Positions 29,832 through 38,928 of a stretch of DNA of 64,000 nt are shown here, piece after piece (position 1 is the stretch's first letter; the number at the start of each line of letters is the position of its first letter). The notes under the pieces are model-generated. The model was not told the origin of the DNA. It ran no database searches and saw nothing but the letters and a program-made list of their open reading frames with translations. A program made the position numbers and the translations under genes. The stretch comes from Candidatus Hermodarchaeota archaeon (GTDB taxonomy: Archaea > Asgardarchaeota > Thorarchaeia > Thorarchaeales > Thorarchaeaceae): positions 1-64,000 of the forward strand of contig JBHLLF010000011.1 in the NCBI GenBank assembly GCA_048885865.1, written 5' to 3'.

Positions 29832-30668
29832 CTAAGTCTGGCATTTCGGACAGGTATACACGTGGCCTCCACCATGAGCGAGTTTCTCGATCGGAGACCC
29901 GCACTTAGGACATGACTGCCCTTTCATATTAGGCCCCATCAATGGAGTATATTGCCCCTGCTTTCCATAAAGGTCAGTAAATTGATCTTTCCCGCCAAGA
30001 CGCACTCGTTCTTTGATTGTTGTAACAATCGCATCATATAGTGCCTTGATTTGACTACTGCTCAAGTCAGATGCCTTCTTCTTGGGATGTACACCAGCTT
30101 GATAGATTATGTCTTGGAATGTGCTATTCTGAATACCAACGAGTACTGCTTCCTTTCCCACCAATGCCATTTTGATATTCTTTGAAATCTGTGATAGTTG
30201 GTCCTCGAACCATTTGGAAGTGAATCTCTTCTCGTCCGGGGAGACCACGTCCGAGAAATCCCTTCGATATACGTAGTTATTTTCCAGTTCCTCATTTGAG
30301 GCAGCGTCTATACTGCCCCATCCCTTTAGCCTTAAAGAAAAGCGTGTCTTGTCGGAAAAGGTCAGTGTCAGATGGATCTTCTCGGGCAAACTAGTGTCAT
30401 TTTCATGGAATCCAAATGTACCCCCATATTCCGGAGCCAGAAACAAATTCATCTCATCGTCAAGTAGAATTCTTATGCCATTACCTCGTGAAACAACTGA
30501 CTGAACTGTTCTCCCCAGTATTTTGTCGAAGTTCTTCAAGCTCCCTACCATTTTGGACTTCTGCAACTTCTCTAATTCATCCAATTTCCAAGAATCAATC
30601 TTCTTTCCGACCAGCTCTTCGTTCATCTGCCTTGCGAGAATAGAGGCTTCAGGCAATTCAATACTCAT
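29832..30668 (-). CDS. Fpg/Nei-family DNA glycosylase-like protein (H2TH plus zinc finger)
   Basis: IELPE N-terminus, GIQN.....I.YQAGVHP and CPKCG...YTCPKCQ. Confidence 0.85.
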   Translation of the reverse strand: MSIELPEASILARQMNEELVGKKIDSWKLDELEKLQKSKMVGSLKNFDKILGRTVQSVVSRGNGIRILLDDEMNLFLAPEYGGTFGFHENDTSLPEKIHLTLTFSDKTRFSLRLKGWGSIDAASNEELENNYVYRRDFSDVVSPDEKRFTSKWFEDQLSQISKNIKMALVGKEAVLVGIQNSTFQDIIYQAGVHPKKKASDLSSSQIKALYDAIVTTIKERVRLGGKDQFTDLYGKQGQYTPLMGPNMKGQSCPKCGSPIEKLAHGGGHVYTCPKCQT

Positions 30669-30684
30669 TTTCAATACTCTCCGT

Positions 30685-31755
30685 TCATACGCTCAAGAAG
30701 CGCATGTCTCCTTTGGAGAATCGAGAGTATGCCTTTTTATCGTATTCACGGGTCAACTCAATCACATAGGCCTTGAGAGCCCTAGTTGTGGCCTTTCCGC
30801 CGACTCTGTCTGCGAATGAAACCACCAATTCCCATGCGGGTTCATGGGTTTTGGGAACATGGGTCCTCAGGAATCCCATGTCAGTTGTCCACTTGTCATA
30901 CAACTGAATTAGCTTGGCATCTATGCCAAGGTCTCTCAGCATCTTGAAATACAGATTCGCCCGAAACTGGGTAGTAAGGGGGTCTCTTCCTTTCTTGTGC
31001 TCTGCATAGGTGACTCCGTCTATTACGAGATTCTTGCCTCTATTTCGAAGCTCGCCATTCAATATAATTGTCCAAATCAATCTGTATAGGATATCACGAC
31101 GATCTTGTATTATTCCTGCTCCAGCAACTGTATCTGGATGCTTCAATCCGAATTTCGTATTTGCTAGCTCGGAAAGGAATGCATGGACTGCTTTGAGGTC
31201 AGACGACTTTGTTCCCCGGATTTTTGCATTCGCAGGATAGTCAATGACTTTCTTGACAGGAAGCTCCACAGTCTTCGATTCAATTATATCGTCACTGTTC
31301 AGACTCGCTCTAATCAAATCAAGATGGGCTTTTCCTTGGAATGGCTCAATGAATTGCTCATAAGCCTTATCGGGGACCGCCTCACCAAGACGCTCTGAAA
31401 CGCTTTCTCTGGTAATCTCACCTATGTGAGCTTCAATCCAATCACAAGGGTATCTTGAACAATAGGCGCAATTCTGAATCCCGTTGTAGGTGGCACACTC
31501 TCTTGCTAAACACCCACGCACAAAGTTGTGTACACCAACATCCTTAGCAAGCTTCTCATTTGGGATTTGACAAGATTGACATGGCTTGGCTGTTGGCGTG
31601 AAGCCTACATACTTCTTCGCATCATTGCGGTATAATTCCCAGCCCTCCTCAGAGATTCTTGAACGCACAAAGCAGCCCCACGGACAGGTGCCACAATAGT
31701 TCCCGCACTTGCTAATTGCTTGCTCCAATATCCTTTCCTCTTGCTTTAGTAGCAT
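30685..31755 (-). CDS. DUF3795 Cys-rich domain protein
   Basis: CGNYCGTCP, CQSC, CLARECA and NCAYCSRYPC motifs. Confidence 0.75.
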   Translation of the reverse strand: MLLKQEERILEQAISKCGNYCGTCPWGCFVRSRISEEGWELYRNDAKKYVGFTPTAKPCQSCQIPNEKLAKDVGVHNFVRGCLARECATYNGIQNCAYCSRYPCDWIEAHIGEITRESVSERLGEAVPDKAYEQFIEPFQGKAHLDLIRASLNSDDIIESKTVELPVKKVIDYPANAKIRGTKSSDLKAVHAFLSELANTKFGLKHPDTVAGAGIIQDRRDILYRLIWTIILNGELRNRGKNLVIDGVTYAEHKKGRDPLTTQFRANLYFKMLRDLGIDAKLIQLYDKWTTDMGFLRTHVPKTHEPAWELVVSFADRVGGKATTRALKAYVIELTREYDKKAYSRFSKGDMRFLSV

Positions 31756-31866
31756 TGCAGTGATATAAACTTCCAGCCTGAAAAGGCGACGTAGTTCTCT
31801 TAATCCCTCCAGAGTCGAAAAACGCATATCATCGGTTCATCCCACAATACTCCGAGGAAGTCAGTT

Positions 31867-32724
31867 GTGAACGAATCTACTAGCAAAGATGCGGCAACAA
31901 TTCAATCTACAATGATCGGACCATTATGGGCGCGCGCAAAATACTCCCAGCTTTATCCAGATTTACTGAGGGACAACCAAGCCATAGATCTCCTTGAAAA
32001 GGTGAAAAGGGATTACAGTGGATCACAAGAGGACTTTGACATTTTAGAGGATTTCATTGATGAGTTGCTAGGACTTGCGTTTGCTATTAGAGCCAGAACA
32101 TTCGACGACACAATTGCTTCATTTCTTCAAAGCAAACCCAATGCCACAATTGTGAATCTTGGTTGTGGCTTGGACACAACTTTTTCTAGAGTTGACAATG
32201 GGACCTTGCATTGGTTCGATCTTGACCTCCCAGATGCAATAGACTATCGCCAGCGACTAATCCCAGAAACTTCAAGAAGTAGATGCATTGCGAAATCCAT
32301 CTTTGATTTCAGCTGGATGGAAGACGTAGGCTTCAATGTTAGCGAGGGTCTCCTAATGATCGCAGGGGGACTCTTCGCCTATTTTGATGAGGAGGAAGTT
32401 TCACGATTTTTCAAAGCAGTGGCTCAAAGATTTCCTGGGGGAGAGATCATCTTTGATAGTAGTTCATCTCGAGGAAATTGGGTCATAAATAGGCGCTTCA
32501 AAAAGCATGGTATTTCGGGGATAGATCACAAATTCGATGCGAAGAGCCCAAGCCAAATAGAGAGCTGGTCTGAGCATCTTGAAGTAATTGATTGGTTTCC
32601 CTACTTCTCTCGCGTTGAAACTAATCCAAAATGGAAACGTCGCACTCGCCTCATCATGAGTCTTAATTCAAGGTTCAGTCTTGCCAAATTCATCCGTGTG
32701 AGAATCAGGCAGTCTCAACCATAA
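31867..32724 (+). CDS. SAM-dependent methyltransferase, LCM/TcmP family
   Basis: PLWARA, RARTFD, VNLGCGLDT and WFDLDLPD motifs. Confidence 0.9.
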   Translation: MNESTSKDAATIQSTMIGPLWARAKYSQLYPDLLRDNQAIDLLEKVKRDYSGSQEDFDILEDFIDELLGLAFAIRARTFDDTIASFLQSKPNATIVNLGCGLDTTFSRVDNGTLHWFDLDLPDAIDYRQRLIPETSRSRCIAKSIFDFSWMEDVGFNVSEGLLMIAGGLFAYFDEEEVSRFFKAVAQRFPGGEIIFDSSSSRGNWVINRRFKKHGISGIDHKFDAKSPSQIESWSEHLEVIDWFPYFSRVETNPKWKRRTRLIMSLNSRFSLAKFIRVRIRQSQP

Positions 32725-32764
32725 GATAGAATTGTAGGCTTCATTGCTGATATGGACGAGCATC

Positions 32765-33523
32765 TTGAAAATAATCTCCTGGAACGTTAATGGAATTCGG
32801 GCATGTCTCAAGAAAGGACTTCTTGAATTCGTTCAAAGCGAAAATGCTGATGTCTATTGCTTTCAAGAAACGAAGTCGTCATCTGGAATGGATGACATTG
32901 CACCACTAGCACTCAGCGAATATGAGCAACATTGGCATCACGCAGTGAAGAAAGGATACAGTGGCACCATGATCCTTACAAGAGAACCACCAATCTCAAT
33001 TTTTAGAGGCATAGACAAGAAGGGAATTGACACCGAAGGGCGTGCCCTTACGGCAGAATATGACGACTTCTATCTTCTGAACGTGTATTTCCCAAATGCA
33101 GGTCGTATGCTTGAAAGACTGGACTTCAAATTGGATTTTAATGCAAGATTGCTTAGATATGCCCAAGGACTGCGCAAAGAAAAAGGTGTCATCATAACTG
33201 GCGATTTCAACGTTTCACATAAGGAGATAGATATTGCCAGACCCAAGAGCAATCATGGTCATGCGGGTTTCACTGATGAAGAACGAGCATGGTTTGATCG
33301 ACTAATGGCGAAGGGGTATATCGACACGTTCAGAGAATTTACGAAAGACGGTGGTCACTACACCTGGTGGTCATATCTTCATAATGCACGGATAAAGAAT
33401 GTGGGTTGGCGGCTAGATTATTTCATTGTGAGTGATGAACTAAGATCCATCGTTATACAGAGCAAAATACTCAATGATATAATGGGTTCAGACCATTGTC
33501 CTATCAGAATTCAGCTGAAATGA
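32765..33523 (+). CDS. xth: Exodeoxyribonuclease III / AP endonuclease
   Basis: ISWNVNGIRA, FQETK, GYSG, YFPN, GDFN, YTWWSY, GWRLDY and GSDHCP motifs. Confidence 0.96.
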   Translation: MKIISWNVNGIRACLKKGLLEFVQSENADVYCFQETKSSSGMDDIAPLALSEYEQHWHHAVKKGYSGTMILTREPPISIFRGIDKKGIDTEGRALTAEYDDFYLLNVYFPNAGRMLERLDFKLDFNARLLRYAQGLRKEKGVIITGDFNVSHKEIDIARPKSNHGHAGFTDEERAWFDRLMAKGYIDTFREFTKDGGHYTWWSYLHNARIKNVGWRLDYFIVSDELRSIVIQSKILNDIMGSDHCPIRIQLK

Positions 33524-33543
33524 TAGTTTCAAGATTACTGCAA

Positions 33544-34011
33544 TCAAGAGAGCTTCAATTTCCATAGCCGTATCGTTTCCCACCATGCAAAAACCGCTCC
33601 AAGGGCACCAATGGCAAACGCGATGTATCTATCGTAAAGCCCTGGTCTAGCGATGATGGTAAGGACAAGGTAAGCTATAGTCACCATTGTGAAGAAGATA
33701 GCCACGAACATATACCTTGGAAGAAACCTCCCTCGAAAGCCTATGAAATTCCTAAGCACTCCCACCTTTACAACTCTACTGACCTCATACGAATTGTCCG
33801 GAAGTTTCTCGACAAGCTCAAGGTCAACTAGTTTAGATAGATGGTGGCTAGCCACTGAAGGACTTGACATCCCAAGAGTCCTCTGTACTTCTCTAACACC
33901 CACCGAATCGCTTTGTGAGAGCATCAACCAGTATACACGCAATGTGTTTCCTCTTAGTTCCGGGTCGAGAGAAACCTCATCTTTCTTTTCTGACACGGCC
34001 ACCACGCTCAT
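33544..34011 (-). CDS. Membrane-anchored winged-helix regulator (HTH plus 2 TM)
   Basis: LRGNTLRVY..GVREVQRTLGMSSPSVASHHLSKL followed by two hydrophobic helices. Confidence 0.8.
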   Translation of the reverse strand: MSVVAVSEKKDEVSLDPELRGNTLRVYWLMLSQSDSVGVREVQRTLGMSSPSVASHHLSKLVDLELVEKLPDNSYEVSRVVKVGVLRNFIGFRGRFLPRYMFVAIFFTMVTIAYLVLTIIARPGLYDRYIAFAIGALGAVFAWWETIRLWKLKLS

Positions 34012-34135
34012 CTGGTCTTCATCTTCTACAGATTAATCTCTTCTTCCTTATCAGCACCCTCACAAATCTGTTCTAAACCGTGGACAGGGTGTTCTATTCC
34101 ATGGTACTAAGTAGCTTTGAGTATAGGGAAAGGAC

Positions 34136-36394
34136 ATGCATCCAGTCATTGCCAGAGCTATTGATAGCGATATTAAGCAAAAGATGTTTGCCGCAGGACT
34201 TGTATCTGCACTTCTCGCAGTGAGCCTTGTGGGCACTATGGGCTATTTGGGAGGTGCCTTTGGCCCAACAGGACCACTCTCTCATTCGAATGCTCCTGTC
34301 TATACGATTGAGAATATTGTGGCCAGCGGCTTTGCTGATTTTGAGCCTCATGAAGAGTCGTTTGTACCTAATGCACCCGAATACACAGTCTACCAGGGTC
34401 TTTCGAATGTAGCCAATCTTGGCCAATTCGGAACCCTTCCTGCTGACCTGCTTTTCAAGATAGAAACGAGTGGATTTGCTGCTGCCACTCAAATTGAATA
34501 CAAACAGATCCACGAAATATTGCAATTGAATGATGATGAGGATGTTCCTAGTTTCGTTTCTTCAGATGCCGTCCTGCATGCATTCCACGTACTCTACGAC
34601 TTAGCTCTTAGGGAGGTTGAAGTCTATTCCTTCTGGGACCTTCTTGGCAACCTGACCGCCTCTATGCTGGATTCCAGCTATGGACAATATCTAGTGGCCC
34701 CGGAAGGCAGATGGAAAGAAGCGGCATTAAGAAACATGATGTTCTTTACAGTGGCTCTGAAGCTCATCGATAGCAATTACGTGATTCCTCCAGCTTTCCC
34801 AGTTGAGATTGGCACTGAGGTCACTAAGGTGCTTACTCTGATTGATGCACATAATGAAATGACCGATGAGTGGTTCCAAGGATATCGAGAAGACTTCACT
34901 CAATTCGTGCCAAGGGGTCATTACACCCGCAGTGAAACACTGGAACGATATTTCCAAGCAATGATGTGGTTTGGAAGAGTATCATTGCGGCTGCAACCTG
35001 ATCTTCCAGAATTCCCTAATGATAAAGGAAAGGACAACACCGCTCAGGCAATTCTCATTTCTCTGGCTTTGCTGGATGAGATTTCTACCATGCCGAGTGG
35101 AGTGACGGGATATGATCTTTGGGATGCAATCTACGAGCCTACAGTATTCTTTGTGGGTGCTGCTGACGACTTGCTACCTACCGAATACTTGCTATTAGTG
35201 CAAAGCATCTACGGATCGCAAATCACCATTCCTGATCTTGATGATGATGTCCTCTTGGAAGACTTCATTAATGCCGCTTTGGAGCTCCGAGAGCCAGCTA
35301 TATTGGGACATCCAGTTCCAGATACATTGACTCTGGCTCAAACAATGGGACTCCGATTCATGGGGCAACGATACATACCTGATAGCTACATTCTGGGACA
35401 ACTCGTGTACAAGAATGTCGGAACACTATTGAATCCAAGACTCATGCCAATGGGTCTAGATGTGATGGCTGCTCTTGGGTCGGAAAGAGCGTGGGAGCTC
35501 CTTGAACCTGAGAAAGTCTATCAGAACTATGAGTCGCAGATGAACATGCTCTGGGACATGGTAGCCAATATCACTGAAGGAGAATGGACAAGCAACCTCT
35601 ACTATCTGTGGTTGTACACTCTTCTCCCTCTACTGTCCGATCCAGGTGAAGGTTATCCCTTCTTCATGCAAAGCGAGGCTTGGGTAGACAAGCAGCTATC
35701 CACCGCGCTAGGATCATGGGTTGAACTGAGGCACGATACAATTCTCTATGCCAAGCAGTCTTATACTTGGGAATTGACAGGAATGCCACCTCCCGTGAAG
35801 GGATATGTAGAGCCAGTTCCCCGAGTTTATGCGCGTTTGGCTTCATTGTGTAAGATGATGATTGATGGGCTTGATTCTAGGAGCCTTCTGTCCACTTTGA
35901 TTGACAGCAAGCTGAACGCCCTATACGGTCTTCTATTAGATCTTCAGACAATTTCTATCAAGGAGTTGGAGGGAACTCCTCTGGACGAGGCTGAATACCG
36001 CCTCATTGAAGGCTGTGGAAAGACACTAGGATCAATTGTTGCAATGCCACAGGATGACTCCCTTACATCAGATGCTGACGATGACATGGCTGTCATTGCT
36101 GATGTTCACACAGACCCTAATACTTTGAGTGTGCTTGAAGAAGCAGTTGGAAGACCTATGGTCATCTATGTAGCTGTTGAAGTTGATGGACAAGTCATTC
36201 TCACCAGAGGGGGAATATTCTCATACTACGAGTTTACTTGGCCGATGGATGATCGACTTACAGATGAGGCTTGGCAAGATATGCTTACACAGGGTGAGGC
36301 GCCACACCTACCAACTTGGACTGCAAGTTTTGTGACTGACTCCGAGGTCACTTTGCTTGCAGCAAGTGCAATCACCTCTAAGGAATCAGAGTAG
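34136..36394 (+). CDS. DUF3160 family secreted protein
   Basis: PRGHYTRSETLERYFQAMMW, MGQRYIPDS, WVELRHDTILYAKQS, GYVEP, IADVHT and FSYYEF motifs. Confidence 0.9.
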   Translation: MHPVIARAIDSDIKQKMFAAGLVSALLAVSLVGTMGYLGGAFGPTGPLSHSNAPVYTIENIVASGFADFEPHEESFVPNAPEYTVYQGLSNVANLGQFGTLPADLLFKIETSGFAAATQIEYKQIHEILQLNDDEDVPSFVSSDAVLHAFHVLYDLALREVEVYSFWDLLGNLTASMLDSSYGQYLVAPEGRWKEAALRNMMFFTVALKLIDSNYVIPPAFPVEIGTEVTKVLTLIDAHNEMTDEWFQGYREDFTQFVPRGHYTRSETLERYFQAMMWFGRVSLRLQPDLPEFPNDKGKDNTAQAILISLALLDEISTMPSGVTGYDLWDAIYEPTVFFVGAADDLLPTEYLLLVQSIYGSQITIPDLDDDVLLEDFINAALELREPAILGHPVPDTLTLAQTMGLRFMGQRYIPDSYILGQLVYKNVGTLLNPRLMPMGLDVMAALGSERAWELLEPEKVYQNYESQMNMLWDMVANITEGEWTSNLYYLWLYTLLPLLSDPGEGYPFFMQSEAWVDKQLSTALGSWVELRHDTILYAKQSYTWELTGMPPPVKGYVEPVPRVYARLASLCKMMIDGLDSRSLLSTLIDSKLNALYGLLLDLQTISIKELEGTPLDEAEYRLIEGCGKTLGSIVAMPQDDSLTSDADDDMAVIADVHTDPNTLSVLEEAVGRPMVIYVAVEVDGQVILTRGGIFSYYEFTWPMDDRLTDEAWQDMLTQGEAPHLPTWTASFVTDSEVTLLAASAITSKESE

Positions 36395-36410
36395 TCACGG
36401 CGAGGAAGAT

Positions 36411-36448
36411 GGCGAGAGGACGCGGGAAATCGTGGGCGTCCTCTCGCC
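36411..36448. terminator. 13-bp perfect GC hairpin between convergent genes
   Basis: GGCGAGAGGACGC-N12-GCGTCCTCTCGCC. Confidence 0.6.
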
Positions 36449-36560
36449 GCTTAAAAAGTGTTGGTTGTTAATGAAGAAATAAAAGGGAAACAAATCAATA
36501 TACTAAGGAAGGCGATGTTGGGGCCTCGACAGCACAGTGGAAGTCCCGAGTTTAGGTCGT

Positions 36561-36779
36561 CTAGACCTCTTCGCCTTCACCAGGAGATTGCAGTTCAGCT
36601 ATCTTCTCATCTATCTGCTTGATTCTGTCCTCTAAATGTGACCTTAATGCTTCAAGACGTTTGATCGCTGTTTCCTTGCTTTCATAGCCTGGAGCGCAAT
36701 CCATGAATCCAAATAGTCCCGGCATCATTTCGAAGCCAAATCCATGTCTTCCTTTCATGCGTGGATGTGAATCACACAT
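36561..36779 (-). CDS. Small Gly/Met-rich protein with C-terminal coiled coil (DUF5320-like)
   Basis: MCDSHPRMKGRHGFG...KETAIKRLEALRSHLEDRIKQIDEKIAEL. TAATG coupling to the PadR stop; GGAGGTGA SD. Confidence 0.65.
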   Translation of the reverse strand: MCDSHPRMKGRHGFGFEMMPGLFGFMDCAPGYESKETAIKRLEALRSHLEDRIKQIDEKIAELQSPGEGEEV

Positions 36780-37357
36780 TATTCGCTTTTCACCTCCCAC
36801 TCGTCTTCTTCACTTCCGAGTTCCTCCAAACGTTGGTTTACCCAAGCTAATTCGTTCTTCAGGTAATCACGGTACTCCTTGAGGAAATCTTCTCGCATCG
36901 AGAATAGTCCTGGTGACCATCCCGCCTTCTTAAGAGCGGCAAATGCTATAGGGCTCTTGTGACGCTTCGCATGGTCAAAAAGAACAGTAGCAGTTTCACC
37001 TCTTGCAGCTTCCCCAAGGAAACTCCAAAACTTGTCCTGCATATGCATTTCCCCTCCCATGTGTTGGAGCACTCGAGTAAGGACTTCCTCTCCTCTTGGA
37101 GTGATGGAATATTCTATGGCGTCTGGACGTACTTCCTGACGGACCCGCCTCCCCTTGATCAAGCCTCTGTTGGAGAGTCTGCGAAGAGCAGGGTACAATG
37201 TACCGCTCTTCAACAGCATTCCAAGTTGTTCTTTAAGGCCCGATAGAATTGCATAACCGTGAGCAGGTCCTTGTCTCAGCTGAGCTAGGATAAGGAGCTC
37301 TACCCGACTGATGCTTTTTCTTGGGGGGCCCATTCTTCTAGGTCCAGGAAATTCCAA
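36779..37357 (-). CDS. PadR-family transcriptional regulator
   Basis: LLILAQL..GPAHGY, SGTLYPALRRL and YSITPRG motifs. Confidence 0.92.
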   Translation of the reverse strand: MEFPGPRRMGPPRKSISRVELLILAQLRQGPAHGYAILSGLKEQLGMLLKSGTLYPALRRLSNRGLIKGRRVRQEVRPDAIEYSITPRGEEVLTRVLQHMGGEMHMQDKFWSFLGEAARGETATVLFDHAKRHKSPIAFAALKKAGWSPGLFSMREDFLKEYRDYLKNELAWVNQRLEELGSEEDEWEVKSE

Positions 37358-37374
37358 TTATATAGTCACCAACT

Positions 37375-37414
37375 TATGTAGAGTTCTACATATAATTATG
37401 TAGACATCTACATA
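37375..37414. promoter_or_regulatory. Two tandem PadR-type operators (ATGT-N8-ACAT)
   Basis: TATGTAGA-GT-TCTACATA (37375-37392) and TATGTAGA-CA-TCTACATA (37397-37414), directly upstream of padR. Confidence 0.8.
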
Positions 37415-37455
37415 TAAACATTGACTTCCGTGAACCTGGTCTCTGAATCTCTGAA

Positions 37456-38865
37456 TCAGTTTTCGATCAGACTTCTCAGAATCTCCTCTGCTCTATCATG
37501 TATCTTCTTGATGGCTTCACTATCAGCGTATCCATGATAGTAGTTCAAGGTCAAAGTCAATCTTCCATTCATTGTAGCAATGCCGAGTACAATCTCCATC
37601 TTCATGCCAGCTGATGGAGTGAAGAATGCTCTCTGAACTTCAATACCAGAGATCTTGTCAGGGATGCCTAGCTTGCCTAAGTTAGTGCTGATGATATCAG
37701 GTGCTCTGCTTCCAATTCTCTCAAGATATTTCGTAACCATTCCGTCCTTCTTACTCGCATATACGGACAGCTTTGAGTATCTACTCTGATGAGGTTCGAT
37801 TTGGTCACCGTAGAAAGCAACTGACATGGCATCAACCAGAGTCTGGTCAAGATAGTGATGACTGATAACAGTCTCGAAGACATTATTGTTTTCCAAGTCC
37901 TTGCTTACAGCTTTATGGTAGACGCGGACATTGTCCCATAATGACGCATTCTCCTTGTACTTGAATTCCATGAAGGAGCCGCCTGCGTAGAATCCAACTG
38001 CATCACTGCAGTCAATGCGGAGTCGCTTTCTAGCATCCACTGCTGTGGCAACCTTCGCCTTTCCATCGTATGGTCCAACCGCGTCAATCCTTGCTTTTAC
38101 AAGTGCAATTAGAAGTGCGGAGTTGAGGGTAACATCATTCTCTCTGGAAACCTCAATTAATCGTTTGGTCTCAGTCTTATCAAACTCGATAATCTCGATG
38201 CCATAGGATGTGTTCTTCCAAGAAGCCTCCCAGATGTTCACCAGGTCTTCCTCATCAAATAGGACCTTTTCTCTCTGCCAATTCTTGTTGATTCTACCCA
38301 CAAGGCCCCTTTTGACACGCCCCCACTCTGAACCTTTGGGGAATATATCCAAGGTCTGCGGCGGCACATCTAGAAACGCCGGTGATTTCCTTTTGGGATC
38401 GTTGAGATGTAGAAGCACCTCTCTAAGTGCAAACTCTAGAGACCTACCATCACTGATTGTATGATGACAAAATACCATTAGCTCTGAAGTGTTGTTCCCC
38501 TTCACGAGAATGAAGCGGGTCAACGGACCTTTGGAGGGTCTCAGCGGAATAGCATGTTCAAGGTTTAATACATCTATCCAGTGACTATCAGACTCACGTG
38601 GGTACACTTTCACAGGGATCTTTGCAGCCCCCTCAGTCGTAGAGTCATGGACTCCAGCTTCATCCCACTCAATCCGCACTCCGAACTGAGGATAGGTTAT
38701 GAGCATTTTCTCAACAGCCGTTTCCAGCGCCTGTTCTGACACCTGGCCTTTGAGTCTTAGTACCAATGAGATGTGTGCATTGGGACCAAAAAGGAATCGA
38801 CGTTCCTGCCCTGTAATGATTCGCTTGTATGGTTTACTCTCTTCAGTAGTAATCATTTTCTTCAC
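37456..38865 (-). CDS. Stand-alone condensation-domain / PapA5- or alcohol-acyltransferase-like CoA-dependent acyltransferase
   Basis: Catalytic CHHTISDG (HHxxxDG), VTLNSAL, AVDARKR and STNLG motifs. Confidence 0.85.
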   Translation of the reverse strand: MKKMITTEESKPYKRIITGQERRFLFGPNAHISLVLRLKGQVSEQALETAVEKMLITYPQFGVRIEWDEAGVHDSTTEGAAKIPVKVYPRESDSHWIDVLNLEHAIPLRPSKGPLTRFILVKGNNTSELMVFCHHTISDGRSLEFALREVLLHLNDPKRKSPAFLDVPPQTLDIFPKGSEWGRVKRGLVGRINKNWQREKVLFDEEDLVNIWEASWKNTSYGIEIIEFDKTETKRLIEVSRENDVTLNSALLIALVKARIDAVGPYDGKAKVATAVDARKRLRIDCSDAVGFYAGGSFMEFKYKENASLWDNVRVYHKAVSKDLENNNVFETVISHHYLDQTLVDAMSVAFYGDQIEPHQSRYSKLSVYASKKDGMVTKYLERIGSRAPDIISTNLGKLGIPDKISGIEVQRAFFTPSAGMKMEIVLGIATMNGRLTLTLNYYHGYADSEAIKKIHDRAEEILRSLIEN

Positions 38866-38874
38866 GCAATATTA

Positions 38875-38905
38875 TATTTCGTAACTTTTAAATATTTACG
38901 AAATA
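38875..38905. promoter_or_regulatory. Inverted-repeat operator between the divergent acyltransferase and regulator
   Basis: TATTTCGTAA-N11-TTACGAAATA, with a TTTTAAA box in the spacer. Confidence 0.7.
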
Positions 38906-38928
38906 AGCAATCTCAAGAGACTGTAGAC

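Noticed and set aside
38773-38928. N-terminal extension of the tandem-HTH regulator in the ORF track
   Set aside because: It overlaps the divergent acyltransferase gene and its operator; ATG 38929 is preferred.
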